This document shows positions 47,122-56,805 of a stretch of DNA of 64,000 bases, piece after piece. The DNA is from Flavobacteriaceae bacterium. GTDB taxonomy: Bacteria > Bacteroidota > Bacteroidia > Flavobacteriales > Flavobacteriaceae. The position numbers and the translations under genes are program-made. Position 1 is the stretch's first letter; the number at the start of each line of letters is the position of its first letter. Under the pieces are notes generated by a model that ran no database searches, was not told the DNA's origin, and saw only the letters and a list, made by a program, of their open reading frames with translations. The stretch is taken from the NCBI GenBank assembly GCA_035302145.1, contig DATGSX010000159.1, forward strand, positions 8,478 through 72,477, read 5' to 3'.

Positions 47122-48555
47122 ATGAAAAGGATTACATTACTTTCCGTATCCAGAAGAACTCGAAAAGCATTGGGCTTTCCACAAAGAACTTTGTTGTTAA
47201 GTATTTTCTCATTATTGTTTTGCTCACTTGTCAGTTATGGCCAAACAGAACCATTTATTACCATTTGGAAAACCGATATTCCTGGTGATAGTAACGATAC
47301 CTCCATTGAAATTCCTGCAAGTGGAACATTTGATTATACTTGGGAAGAAGTTGGTAATGCCAGCAATTATGGGTCAGGAAGTGGCTTTAATGTTACCAGA
47401 ATTAATTTTGGCTCACCGGGAACCTATCAAGTCGCTATGACTCCTACAGGAACGGATCCGTTCCATCGAATAGCATTTAATGATGAAGGAGACAAAGATA
47501 AAATATTAGACATTACCCAATGGGGCGATATAGAATGGAGTTCGTTTGAAAACGCTTACTTTGGAGCTTCAAACCTTGAAGTTTCTGCTGCAGATACTCC
47601 CGACCTAAGTAATGTAATCTCTATGCAATATGCTTTTGCTTATACACGTTTTTCAACAGCTTCTGAAATGAGTAATTGGAATACTGAGAATGTAGCGGAT
47701 ATGAGTGGAATGTTTAAAGACGCTCCTTCATTTAATCAAGATATTAGTGGTTGGAACACAGGAAATGTTATCGATATGGGAAGAATGTTTTATGGTGCTG
47801 CTTCTTTTAATCAAGATATTGGTGGTTGGGACGTCTCGAATGTAACAGTTATGTATGAGATGTTTTCTAGAGCTTCTTCTTTTAATCAAGATATTGGTAA
47901 TTGGGATACAGGAAATGTTATCTCTATGGCATATATGTTTTTTTTTGCTTCTTCTTTTAATCAAGATATTGGTAATTGGGATACAGGAAATGTTATCTCT
48001 ATGGCATATATGTTTGCTTTTGCTTCTTCTTTTAATCAAGATATTGGAAGTTGGGATTTAAGTAGATTAGGGCAGAACCGTTCTTATTATGGTGCAGAAT
48101 ATATGTTTGATTACAGTGGAATAGACTGTGAAAACTATAGCGCAACGCTATTAGGTTGGGCAAATAACTCTAATACTAATACAGATATTGCTTTAGGAGC
48201 AGGTGGAATGCAATACAGTCCTGATGTAGAAGTTTACCGAAATATACTAATCAATGATTTAGGTTGGGCCATTAAAAGAGATAGCGAAGGCTCTTGTACG
48301 CTTTCTGTAAACTCTGAAAAGGAAGTCACTTTTGACTTGTATCCAAACCCGACCAATGACTTTGTATATATCAACGGTTTAGAAGGTGAGGAATATATTA
48401 ACCTATATGATATAAGTGGAAAACTGCTTAAGAGTTTTACTCCAGATAATCCAGAAGTAAGTATTGATATGACGGATTTTTCTAGTGGTGTTTATTTCTT
48501 GAATATCAAAACCAAAGATCAAATTCAGACTACGAAGAAAATTGTAAGGAAATAA
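47122..48555 (+). CDS. BspA/DUF285-type leucine-rich-repeat surface protein with T9SS C-terminal sorting domain (5 canonical repeat units)
   Basis: 477 aa. Signal peptide; 25-aa FNQDIGxWDxxNVxxMxxMFxxAxS units; C-terminal [12 protein letters not shown]...GVYFLNIKT...KKIVRK. Confidence 0.85.
   Translation: MKRITLLSVSRRTRKALGFPQRTLLLSIFSLLFCSLVSYGQTEPFITIWKTDIPGDSNDTSIEIPASGTFDYTWEEVGNASNYGSGSGFNVTRINFGSPGTYQVAMTPTGTDPFHRIAFNDEGDKDKILDITQWGDIEWSSFENAYFGASNLEVSAADTPDLSNVISMQYAFAYTRFSTASEMSNWNTENVADMSGMFKDAPSFNQDISGWNTGNVIDMGRMFYGAASFNQDIGGWDVSNVTVMYEMFSRASSFNQDIGNWDTGNVISMAYMFFFASSFNQDIGNWDTGNVISMAYMFAFASSFNQDIGSWDLSRLGQNRSYYGAEYMFDYSGIDCENYSATLLGWANNSNTNTDIALGAGGMQYSPDVEVYRNILINDLGWAIKRDSEGSCTLSVNSEKEVTFDLYPNPTNDFVYINGLEGEEYINLYDISGKLLKSFTPDNPEVSIDMTDFSSGVYFLNIKTKDQIQTTKKIVRK
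47731..48066 (+). repeat. In-frame array of 75-nt (25-aa) LRR units, gene 1
   Basis: Five FNQDI-initiated units. Confidence 0.85.
47872..48015 (+). repeat. Two perfect 69-nt direct copies separated by 6 nt
   Basis: 47872-47940 and 47947-48015 are identical (gcttcttcttttaatcaagatattggtaattgggatacaggaaatgttatctctatggcatatatgttt). Confidence 0.9.
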
Positions 48556-48579
48556 ATCACAACCTTTGTTTTAGATTTT

Positions 48580-48625
48580 AATAATGGCTGTCGATTTATA
48601 AAGAATCGACAGCCATTATTATTTT
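48580..48625 (+). terminator. Intrinsic terminator after BspA-like gene 1
   Basis: aataatggctgtcgatt-N7-aatcgacagccattatt, followed by atttt. Nearly identical to the hairpin at 50847-50886. Confidence 0.85.
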
Positions 48626-48783
48626 AAAAAGATTAATTAAACTTTTTACCTCGCCATAAGTCAACCTTCCTCAATTACACAATTATCTCATCTTACTCTT
48701 TTAAATCTAAATACTTTTTTCACCGAAAACTAAGTGTATATCATTAACTAATATAAATTATCGATTTGAATATTAACATTTTT

Positions 48784-48813
48784 TTGTTAAATGTTAAAAT
48801 TGACTTATCTTTG
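48784..48813 (+). promoter_or_regulatory. Candidate promoter of BspA-like gene 2 (TTG-N19-TATCTTTG)
   Basis: Matches the Bacteroidota -33/-7 consensus; the -7 box ends 48 nt upstream of the ATG at 48862. Confidence 0.45.
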
Positions 48814-48861
48814 TGCAAGAGGTGCTAGTTAAATAACTTATTAAGATTAAATCGATTGATT

Positions 48862-50823
48862 ATGAAGAAGGTTAATTCACTTTTCGAGCTTAAAATACGC
48901 TCAAAATCTTTTAGCTTTTCTAAAAAGCTATTGCTTAGTGTAGTGGCATTATTGTTTTGCTCACTTGTCAGTTATGGTCAAACAGAACCATTTATAACCA
49001 TTTGGAAAACCGATAATCCTGGATTTAGCAGTAATACACAAATCACTATTCCTGCAAGCGGTATGTTTGATTATACTTGGGAAGAAGTTGGTAATGCCAG
49101 CAATTCTGGGTCAGGAAGTGGCACTGATGTTACCACCATTGATTTTGGAACACCTGGAACTTATCAAGTCGCTATGACTCCTACAGGAACGGATCCGTTC
49201 CATCGAATAGAATTTAATTATGAAGGAGACAAATATAAAATATTGGACATTACTCAATGGGGCGGTATAGAATGGAGTTCTTTTGAAACAGCCTACTCTG
49301 GAGCTCTACACCTTGAAATTACTGCTGCAGATACGCCTGATTTAAATAATGTAACTTCTATGCTCAAGGCTTTTGCTATTACTAACTTTTCAACTGTTCC
49401 GGAAATGAATAATTGGAATACTGAGAATGTAGCAGATATGAGCGGCATGTTTGCCGGTGCGGTTTCTTTTAATCAAGATCTTGGTGGTTGGGATGTTAGT
49501 AATGTAACCGATATGTCTTCAATGTTTGAAAGCGCTTCTTCTTTTAATCATGATATTGGTAGTTGGGATGTTTCGAATGTAACGGATATGTCAGAGATGT
49601 TTTCTGGTGCTTCATCTTTTAATCAAGATATTGGTGGTTGGAATACTGAAAATGTGACTAATATGGTTGGAATGTTTTGGGGTGCTTCTTCTTTTAATCA
49701 AGATATCGGTGGTTGGGATGTTTCGAATGTAGCGGATATGGTTGCGATGTTTGCCGGTGCGGTTTCTTTTAATCAAGATCTTGGTGGTTGGGATGTTTCG
49801 AATGTAGCGGATATGCGTGCGATGTTTGCTTCTGCTTCTGCTTCTTCTTTTAATCAAGATATCGGTGGTTGGGATGTTTCGAATGTAGCGAATATGTCAG
49901 AGATGTTTTCTGGTGCTTCTTCTTTTAATCAAGATATTGGTGGTTGGGATATCTCGCATGTAACAGATATGGGTAAGATGTTTTCTGGCGCTCTTTCTTT
50001 TAATCAAGATATTGGTGGTTGGAACGTCTCGAATACAATTAATATGTCATGGATGTTTGCTAATGCTTCTTCTTTTAATCATGATATTGGTGGTTGGGAT
50101 GTTTCGAATGTAACGGGTATGTTTGGGATGTTTTCTAGAGCTTCTTCTTTTAATCAAGATATTGGTGGTTGGGACGTTTCGAATGTAACGGATATGTCAT
50201 GGATGTTATTTGGAGCTTCTTCTTTTAATCAAGATATCGGTGGTTGGGATGTTTCGAATGTAGCGGGTATGGCATCTATGTTTTTTGAAGCTTCTTCTTT
50301 TAATCAAGATATTGGCGATTGGGATTTAAGTAGTTTAGGGCAGAATAATGATGGTATAACCGCAGAATATATGTTTAATAACAGTGGAATAGATTGTGAA
50401 AACTACAGTGAAACGCTACTAGGTTGGGCTAATAATCTTAATACTGCGGCTGATGTTATTTTAGGAGCTGACGGGATGCAGTATAGTCCAGATGCTGAAT
50501 CCTACCGAAATATACTAATCAACGACTTAGGCTGGACTATTGAAGGAGATAGCGAAGGCTCTTGTACGCTTTCTGTAAATTCTGAAATGGAAATCACTTT
50601 TGACTTGTATCCAAACCCGACTAATGACTTAGTGTTTATCAGTGGATTAGAAGGTGAGGAATCAATAAGTCTATTTAATATAAGTGGAAAGTTACTTCAT
50701 AGTTTTACTACGGATAATACAGAAGTAAGTATTGACATGACGCAGTTTTCTAGTGGTGTTTATTTCTTAAATATCAAAACCAAGGATCAAATTCAGACTA
50801 CGAAGAAAGTCATTAAGCAGTAA
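48862..50823 (+). CDS. BspA/DUF285-type leucine-rich-repeat surface protein with T9SS C-terminal sorting domain (12 canonical repeat units); paralog of 47122..48555
   Basis: About 653 aa. N-terminal domain, C-terminal domain and terminator are near-identical to gene 1. ATG at 48862; the ORF track begins at a TTG at 48856. Confidence 0.85.
   Translation: MKKVNSLFELKIRSKSFSFSKKLLLSVVALLFCSLVSYGQTEPFITIWKTDNPGFSSNTQITIPASGMFDYTWEEVGNASNSGSGSGTDVTTIDFGTPGTYQVAMTPTGTDPFHRIEFNYEGDKYKILDITQWGGIEWSSFETAYSGALHLEITAADTPDLNNVTSMLKAFAITNFSTVPEMNNWNTENVADMSGMFAGAVSFNQDLGGWDVSNVTDMSSMFESASSFNHDIGSWDVSNVTDMSEMFSGASSFNQDIGGWNTENVTNMVGMFWGASSFNQDIGGWDVSNVADMVAMFAGAVSFNQDLGGWDVSNVADMRAMFASASASSFNQDIGGWDVSNVANMSEMFSGASSFNQDIGGWDISHVTDMGKMFSGALSFNQDIGGWNVSNTINMSWMFANASSFNHDIGGWDVSNVTGMFGMFSRASSFNQDIGGWDVSNVTDMSWMLFGASSFNQDIGGWDVSNVAGMASMFFEASSFNQDIGDWDLSSLGQNNDGITAEYMFNNSGIDCENYSETLLGWANNLNTAADVILGADGMQYSPDAESYRNILINDLGWTIEGDSEGSCTLSVNSEMEITFDLYPNPTNDLVFISGLEGEESISLFNISGKLLHSFTTDNTEVSIDMTQFSSGVYFLNIKTKDQIQTTKKVIKQ
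49468..50340 (+). repeat. In-frame array of 75-nt LRR units, gene 2, with a duplicated 4-unit block
   Basis: Twelve FNQD/FNHD-initiated units. 49447-49497 equals 49747-49797 exactly (51 nt, offset 300). Confidence 0.85.
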
Positions 50824-50846
50824 AGCGAAATATTTATTTTCGAATA

Positions 50847-50886
50847 AAAAATGGCTGTCGATTTATAAAAAATCGACAGCCATTTT
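50847..50886. terminator. Bidirectional intrinsic terminator between BspA-like gene 2 and the M42 peptidase gene
   Basis: aaaatggctgtcgattt-N6-aaatcgacagccatttt, with T-runs on both strands. Confidence 0.85.
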
Positions 50887-50933
50887 AATTGTCCTTTTAA
50901 ACTAAAAAACGCTTGTTTTAGTCGATTATTAAA

Positions 50934-52022
50934 CTATTTAAAATAACAAAAATCCTCATTTTCCTCCATGCTTAACACACTGTGGTAGATCAATTTAATT
51001 ACATTCTCCACATCTTTTTTATGTGCCATTTCTACCGTGGTATGCATATAACGTAGTGGAAGAGAAATCAAAGCACTAGCCACCCCGGCATTGCTATAAG
51101 CAAAAGCATCGGTGTCGGTTCCTGTGGCTCTAGACGAAGCGGCTCGTTGGATTGGAATGTCGTTGGCCTTGGCCGTTTTTATGATTAAATCCCTAAGCTT
51201 TTGTTGTACTGCTGGCGCATAGGTAATCACAGGGCCATCGCCCAATCGTGCTTCTCCTTGTGTTTTCTTATCGATCATTGGGGTAGTTGTATCGTGCGTT
51301 ACATCGGTAACAATTGCTGCGTTTGGTTTAATGCGCTCTGCAATCATCTCTGCACCTCTTAGTCCTATTTCCTCTTGGACCGAGTTGGTGATATACAATC
51401 CGAAAGGTAATTTCTTTTTATTTTCGTGAAGTAATCTAGCAACTTCAGCAATCATAAATCCGCCCATGCGATTGTCTATGGCACGACAAACTAGTTTATC
51501 TCCATTTAGAATCATGAGTTCATCCGGATAGGTAATTACGCAACCTACATGTACGCCTAGTTTTTCTACTTCCTCTTTGGAATTACATCCGACATCGATA
51601 AAAATATTATCCAATTTTGGAGGTGTTTCTTTACTCGCTTTACGAGTGTGAATAGCTGGCCAACCAAAAACACCTTGTACAATTCCGTTATCGGTATGAA
51701 TGTTTACACGCTTCGATGGCGCTATTTGATGGTCGCTTCCTCCGTTTCGGATAACGTAAATCATTCCATCGTCGGTGATGTAATTTACATACCATGAAAT
51801 TTCATCGGCATGTCCTTCAATAACCACTTTGTAAGGAGCATCTGGGTTAATCACGCCAACTGCTGTGCCATACGTATCGGTAATGAAAGTGTCGACATAA
51901 GGCTTTAAGTATTCCATCCACAATTTCTGACCGTTCCACTCATAGCCTGTTGGTGAAGCGTTGTTGAGGTAGGCGGTTAAAAACTCCATGGACTTGTCTG
52001 TCAAAATGCTTTTTTTGCTCAT
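50934..52022 (-). CDS. M42 family metallopeptidase (glutamyl aminopeptidase-like)
   Basis: 362 aa; GHADEI and EEIGLRGA motifs. Confidence 0.88.
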   Translation of the reverse strand: MSKKSILTDKSMEFLTAYLNNASPTGYEWNGQKLWMEYLKPYVDTFITDTYGTAVGVINPDAPYKVVIEGHADEISWYVNYITDDGMIYVIRNGGSDHQIAPSKRVNIHTDNGIVQGVFGWPAIHTRKASKETPPKLDNIFIDVGCNSKEEVEKLGVHVGCVITYPDELMILNGDKLVCRAIDNRMGGFMIAEVARLLHENKKKLPFGLYITNSVQEEIGLRGAEMIAERIKPNAAIVTDVTHDTTTPMIDKKTQGEARLGDGPVITYAPAVQQKLRDLIIKTAKANDIPIQRAASSRATGTDTDAFAYSNAGVASALISLPLRYMHTTVEMAHKKDVENVIKLIYHSVLSMEENEDFCYFK

Positions 52023-52127
52023 ATATATATACTATTTACTTTTGAAAATCAATACAAACAAAAATACATAATTCTATAGGCATGGGCGCTGTAGATTTCT
52101 TATTTTTGAGTAGATAAAAACCTGTAT

Positions 52128-52835
52128 ATGTCAAGATTAACTATTTGTTTTATACTTATGTGGAGTATGCTTTCTGTTCTTATCTCGTACGGACAAGAAA
52201 GGAGGGATACGCTTTATAAGAAAGATAGCACTTATGTTGATGGGTATATTGTAGGTAAAGTAAAAGATACACTAGAAATAGAATTAGATGAGGTTTGGCT
52301 ATTACCAAAAATTAATTTTGAATCTAAGCAAGCTAGGAGAGAGTATCTAAAAACTAAACGCAGAGTATACAAAGTATATCCTTTTGCAGTATTAGCAGCC
52401 GAAAGGTTGGAGGTTGTAAATGATTTATTAGAAACTTTACCGAATAATAGGAGTAGGAGGGTGTACTTACGTCGCGCAGAGAAGTTTATGCAAGAAGAAT
52501 TTACCGACACCTTAAAAACCTTCACTAGATCGGAAGGGAGAATTTTATTTAAATTGGTTCATAGACAAACAGGCTACACTACTTTTGAGTTAGTAAAAGA
52601 ATATCGCTCGGGATGGAAAGCTTTTTGGTTTAATACAGCTGCTTCGGTTTATGATCTTTCCATGAAGCAAACCTATGAACCATATACCGAAAAAGAGGAT
52701 TTTTATATAGAGGATATATTACAAAATGCATTTAGAATTGGACGATTAGAGGAACAGGATCCTGCTGTTATAATCGATTTATTAGAGATGTATAATTCTT
52801 GGCAAGAAAAAGAAGAAACTCCCCATCCGGAGTAA
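52128..52835 (+). CDS. Secreted hypothetical protein (possibly DUF4294 family)
   Basis: 235 aa with a signal peptide (MSRLTICFILMWSMLSVLISYGQ). The family name is tentative. Confidence 0.6.
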   Translation: MSRLTICFILMWSMLSVLISYGQERRDTLYKKDSTYVDGYIVGKVKDTLEIELDEVWLLPKINFESKQARREYLKTKRRVYKVYPFAVLAAERLEVVNDLLETLPNNRSRRVYLRRAEKFMQEEFTDTLKTFTRSEGRILFKLVHRQTGYTTFELVKEYRSGWKAFWFNTAASVYDLSMKQTYEPYTEKEDFYIEDILQNAFRIGRLEEQDPAVIIDLLEMYNSWQEKEETPHPE

Positions 52836-53016
52836 ACCTCAATATATAATTACGTTTTAAACGAAAATCATTAATTAAATAATTTAGGATTGAAATTGGA
52901 TTTATATCGGGAATTATGCTAATAAACGCTTTCAAGTGCTAATTAGTATAAAACTTTTTTGTTTTTTTCATTAATAGAATTTTAATATCTATATTAGGCA
53001 AAAGAAATTCTTCAAT

Positions 53017-53400
53017 ATGGAAAAAATAAAATATCAAATGGAGTTCCCAATTCAATCTTCTCCTAGCTTATTATTCCAGTATATTTCTACTCCTTCTGGG
53101 ATGGGAGAGTGGTATGCTGATAATGTGAATTCTCGAGGGGAACTATTTACCTTTATATGGTCTGGAAGCGAGGAGAAAGCTAGGTTATTGAGTTCACGTA
53201 CAGATGAACGAGTGAAGTTTCGCTGGTTGGAAGATGATGACGAGCCATATTTCTTTGAAATGCGTATTCAAGTAGATGGGGTTACCAACGATGTTTCATT
53301 GATTGTTACGGATTTTGCAGAAGAAGATGAAGTGGAAGGAAGTAAATTGCTTTGGGAGAGTATGGTCGATAATTTAAAACAAACTCTAGGTTCTCGATAA
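53017..53400 (+). CDS. START-like / SRPBCC-fold small protein
   Basis: 127 aa with an AHSA1/START-like pattern (SPSLLFQYISTPSGMGEWYAD). Tentative. Confidence 0.6.
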   Translation: MEKIKYQMEFPIQSSPSLLFQYISTPSGMGEWYADNVNSRGELFTFIWSGSEEKARLLSSRTDERVKFRWLEDDDEPYFFEMRIQVDGVTNDVSLIVTDFAEEDEVEGSKLLWESMVDNLKQTLGSR

Positions 53401-53457
53401 AAGGATAGAAATTTTCTTAGTTTTGCGCAACATATAAAATTGGTAAAACGGAACATA

Positions 53458-54318
53458 ATGAAAGCTATTTTAAACGGAACAATAGTTAATCGAGAAGAAA
53501 ATAACATCCAACTTGCTAATCGTGGTTTACAGTATGGAGATGCTGTTTTTGAAACTATGCGAGGTGCTGATTCGCATATTTATTTTTGGGAAGACCACTA
53601 TTTTCGATTAATGGCTTCTATGCGAATTCTTAGAATGCCAATCCCTATGAAGTTTACACCAGAATATTTAAATGAAAAGGTGCTGGAACTCATAAAAGAA
53701 AACAAGCTACAGAAGTCTCCGTTTTCTGTAAAGATTTTAGTTTGGCGAGATGCTACTGGAAAATACACTCCGATAGACTCTAATGTAGGCTATTTTATAA
53801 CTATAGATAAATTAGACTCACCACTTTTTACATATAACGATCAAGCGTACGAGGTAAACTTATTCCGCGATCATTATGTACATGCTGGAATGTTATCCAA
53901 TGTAAAGACTACCAATAGGATTATAAATGTGTTAGGAAGCATATATGCCAATGAAAACGATTATGACAACTGCTTGTTACTAAACGATACAAAACACGTT
54001 GCAGAAGCCTTAAATGCAAATTTATTTTTAGTTAATGGCTATAAAATTCGGACTCCTAAATTAGAATCGGGTTGTATAAATGGTATGATGCGTAAACAAG
54101 TTATAAAACTTATAGGGGAGTGGCCAGACTATATTTTGGAAGAAGACGATATATCTCCGTTTGAGCTACAAAAGGCAGACGAGATGTTTTTAACCAATTC
54201 ACTAGTGGGAATTCAGCCTGTATCGAGATATAGAAAAAAGGAATATGCTACAAAAGTAAGTAAGCAGTTACATGAGAGATTGAATGCAAAACTCTTTAAC
54301 AAGGAATCGCTTGTCTAA
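53458..54318 (+). CDS. Class IV aminotransferase (aminodeoxychorismate lyase / branched-chain aminotransferase family)
   Basis: RGLQYGDAVFET and a fold-type IV pattern. ATG at 53458 preferred over the TTG at 53440. Confidence 0.8.
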   Translation: MKAILNGTIVNREENNIQLANRGLQYGDAVFETMRGADSHIYFWEDHYFRLMASMRILRMPIPMKFTPEYLNEKVLELIKENKLQKSPFSVKILVWRDATGKYTPIDSNVGYFITIDKLDSPLFTYNDQAYEVNLFRDHYVHAGMLSNVKTTNRIINVLGSIYANENDYDNCLLLNDTKHVAEALNANLFLVNGYKIRTPKLESGCINGMMRKQVIKLIGEWPDYILEEDDISPFELQKADEMFLTNSLVGIQPVSRYRKKEYATKVSKQLHERLNAKLFNKESLV

Positions 54319-54321
54319 ATA

Positions 54322-54873
54322 TTAATTTAGACTAGGATCTTCCGGTGCGTTTGCCCAAAGTGAGTAATCGCCACCAAGTTCAATCATTTTTTCTTTCCAA
54401 AAGTCAGAGTCCGACTTTACAAGCAATGACTTTCGGTACGAATTATCTGTTAATAACCAACTGTTATTTTGTAGTTCATCTTCTAGTTGATTGGTTGCCC
54501 ATCCGGAATAGCCTAAGAAAAACTTTATTTCATTGAACTTTATTTCTTGGTTCTCGACTTTTTTTATGACTTGTTGAAAGTTTCCACCCCAATAAAGTCC
54601 TTTAGAAATCTCTAAACTATTGTCTATTAAATCTGGTCTAGTATGTATAAAGTATAAACTTTGTTGTTCTACCGGCCCGCCTATATAAACCACAAAATCA
54701 TTCTGTATATCTGGTATGAAGCTTTTTAAAGTGTAATCGGATGGTTTGTTCATAATAAAACCAACCGACCCTTCTGTGTTGCAAGCAACTAAAAGAATGA
54801 TTGATCTACTAAACGAATCATCATTTATTGAAGAGGGTTCGGCTATTAATAATTGACCACGATTAGGACTCAT
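54322..54873 (-). CDS. YqgE/AlgH family protein (UPF0301)
   Basis: 183 aa; GQLLIAEPS...F.RSIILL...GGPV pattern. Confidence 0.85.
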   Translation of the reverse strand: MSPNRGQLLIAEPSSINDDSFSRSIILLVACNTEGSVGFIMNKPSDYTLKSFIPDIQNDFVVYIGGPVEQQSLYFIHTRPDLIDNSLEISKGLYWGGNFQQVIKKVENQEIKFNEIKFFLGYSGWATNQLEDELQNNSWLLTDNSYRKSLLVKSDSDFWKEKMIELGGDYSLWANAPEDPSLN

Positions 54874-55036
54874 TTTCTTTGGTTTTTTTTAAAAAGACAT
54901 TTAAATATATAAAACTTTTTTTATAACACCCCATACATCGGTTATAAAAAACACTCAAAGTAAAAATTAATAAAGCTTTGTTTTGCGAGTAATTTATTGT
55001 TTTTCTATTGGTTAGAATAATATTCATGTAAAAAAA

Positions 55037-55080
55037 TGTAGCTGTCTCATAACTGGGGCAGCTACTTTTTGTTTTTAGTG
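55037..55080 (+). repeat. IS left terminal inverted repeat (hairpin-forming)
   Basis: tgtagctgtctcataactggggcagctactttttgtttttagtg, with internal stem gtagctg/cagctac. Confidence 0.75.
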
Positions 55081-55150
55081 TAATTATCACGGTAAACTCA
55101 TGGTGTAATTATTGATATTTATTATATTTATATAACTGAATATCAGCATT

Positions 55151-56695
55151 ATGAGTCCTAAATTTCAAGAGTATAACCAACAACAAAATTGGTTGTTTCC
55201 TCCTTCAATTGAAGAGTTAATACCTAAAGACCATCCCGTTCGAATCGTCAATGGAGTAATTGAACAATTAGATTTAAAACTACTAACCGAAGTTTATGCC
55301 AAAGAAGGCCGTCCTAGCTATCATCCCAAAATGATGCTTAAAGTTATGGTCTATGCCTATATGGACAATATTTACTCCAGTAGGAAGATAGAGAAGGCTA
55401 TGCGAGAGAATATTAATTTTATGTGGCTCTCGGCACAACAAGTAGTAGATCATAATACCATTGCACGCTTTAGAAGCAACCGTTTAAAAGATGTTTTCAA
55501 AGATATTTTTAAACAAGTGGTAATGCTTTTGGCAGAAGAAGGTTTGGTAACATTAAAAGAAGTGTATACCGATGGCACCAAGATAGAATCTGTAGCAGGG
55601 CGCTATACCTTTGTATGGGGTAAATCGATAAAGAATTATAAAGAGAATATGGAAATCACCTTGGAGCAGATGTGGGAATATGCCCAATCCATTGCTAATG
55701 ATGATGAAGAAGATGATCCCAATCCTGACCCACCAAGCTTTAAGAAAATCTCTCCTGAAAAAATTGAAAAGACAGTTGAGAAGATTGAGCAGAAAATAAA
55801 GAACAATCCTAAGGCTTCTTCTAAAGCTAAGGCAAAACTACGTTATATTAAAAAGAACTATTCCGCTAATCTTAAAAGATACCAAGAACAAGAAAAGATT
55901 TTAGGCCAAAGAAGCAGTTATAGCAAGACTGATACAGACGCTACTTTTATGCGGATGAAGGACGACCACATGAGAAATGGACAGTTAAAGCCTGCTTATA
56001 ATGTTCAAATTAGCACTGAGAACCAAATCATTGTCCATTACACCTTACATCAAAAGACCAATGACATCCACACTTTAAAGCCCCACCTTGATAGTTATGA
56101 ATACTTATATGGAAATCTTCCAGAAGTTCTAACAGCAGATGCTGGCTATGGGAGTGAGGAGAATTATGAATACTTAGAAAGTAAAGGCATAGAAACTTAT
56201 GTAAAGTACAACACCTTCGATAAAGAACAAGGTCTTACTAAACGGAAGAAAGATAAACGAGAAGGATTTAGACGGGAGGATTTATATTACAATAAAGAAC
56301 AAGATTTTTATGTTTGTCCGATGGGACAGCGAATGGAAAAAGTAGCTGAGTTTTCTTCTAGGACAAAATCGGGATATAGGCAACAAAATAGTGTATACCA
56401 AGCGCAGAACTGTGAGGGCTGTCCGTTAAGAGTATTGTGTTTTAAAGGTAAGAATAATCGGCGTGTTCAACGAAATCACAATCTTGAACGGCATAAGCAC
56501 CGAGTCAAAGAAAAACTTCTTAGTGATATAGGTGAAATATATAGGAAAAAACGATCGGTTGATGTGGAGCCGGTGTTTGGTCATATCAAATACAATCGAA
56601 ACTTCAATCGTTTTACCCATCGAGGCCTTGAAAAAGTGGAAATGGAGTTCGGATTACATGCTTTAGCCAATAATCTAAAGAAAATGAGTGTTTAA
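55151..56695 (+). CDS. IS1182 family transposase (DDE)
   Basis: 514 aa. The N-terminus MSPKFQEYNQQQNWLFPPSIEELIPKDHPVR is typical of IS1182/IS5-like transposases. It also has a C-terminal Cys-rich region and a DDE_Tnp-type end (VEPVFGHIK). Confidence 0.88.
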   Translation: MSPKFQEYNQQQNWLFPPSIEELIPKDHPVRIVNGVIEQLDLKLLTEVYAKEGRPSYHPKMMLKVMVYAYMDNIYSSRKIEKAMRENINFMWLSAQQVVDHNTIARFRSNRLKDVFKDIFKQVVMLLAEEGLVTLKEVYTDGTKIESVAGRYTFVWGKSIKNYKENMEITLEQMWEYAQSIANDDEEDDPNPDPPSFKKISPEKIEKTVEKIEQKIKNNPKASSKAKAKLRYIKKNYSANLKRYQEQEKILGQRSSYSKTDTDATFMRMKDDHMRNGQLKPAYNVQISTENQIIVHYTLHQKTNDIHTLKPHLDSYEYLYGNLPEVLTADAGYGSEENYEYLESKGIETYVKYNTFDKEQGLTKRKKDKREGFRREDLYYNKEQDFYVCPMGQRMEKVAEFSSRTKSGYRQQNSVYQAQNCEGCPLRVLCFKGKNNRRVQRNHNLERHKHRVKEKLLSDIGEIYRKKRSVDVEPVFGHIKYNRNFNRFTHRGLEKVEMEFGLHALANNLKKMSV

Positions 56696-56696
56696 A

Positions 56697-56722
56697 AGAG
56701 GGGAGTACTCTCCCTTTTTTCT
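56697..56722 (+). terminator. Short hairpin plus T-run immediately after the transposase stop
   Basis: gaggggag-tact-ctccc, followed by tttttt. Confidence 0.55.
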
Positions 56723-56754
56723 AAATCAACAAAAAACAACCTTCTTTTACTATA

Positions 56755-56805
56755 CTAAACTAAAAAAAGTAGCCGTTCCAGAATTTTGCTTCTGAGACGG
56801 CTACA
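56755..56805 (-). repeat. IS right terminal inverted repeat (hairpin-forming)
   Basis: The minus strand reads tgtagccgtctcagaagcaaaattctggaacggctactttttttagtttag, with internal stem gtagccgt/acggctac. Confidence 0.75.

Larger units (their letters stand above)
55037..56805 (+). mobile_element. IS1182-family insertion sequence, apparently intact (about 1.77 kb)
   Basis: Single 514-aa DDE transposase ORF flanked by imperfect terminal inverted repeats of about 45-50 nt, TGTAGCYGTCTCA...CRGCTACTTTTT...TTTAGT. Confidence 0.8.

Noticed and set aside
47728-48061. ORFs inside the BspA repeat arrays, on the antisense strand (47728-48039 and 49612-49857) or in an alternative sense-strand frame (47855-48061).
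   Set aside because: They are by-products of the 75-nt periodic sequence. Their 'proteins' are just the repeat read in another frame (ILIKRRS...). The in-frame LRR reading has clear family motifs.
47731-50340. Regularly spaced direct repeats that could look like a CRISPR array.
   Set aside because: The repeats are contiguous 75-nt units without unique spacers, they stay in frame within long ORFs, and they encode a recognisable LRR consensus. There are no cas genes.
54969-54979. AATAAAGCTTT on the left IS flank, and its complement at 56811-56821 on the right flank, as a possible target-site duplication or outer inverted repeat.
   Set aside because: The shared core AAAGCTTT is itself a palindrome. 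The two copies lie at very different distances from the IS ends (58 versus 6 nt), so they cannot be a target duplication. This is probably chance.
54863-55090. A 75-aa minus-strand ORF spanning the yqgE upstream region and the left IS end.
   Set aside because: It crosses the IS terminal repeat, has an odd composition, and shows no family signal. It is most likely spurious.
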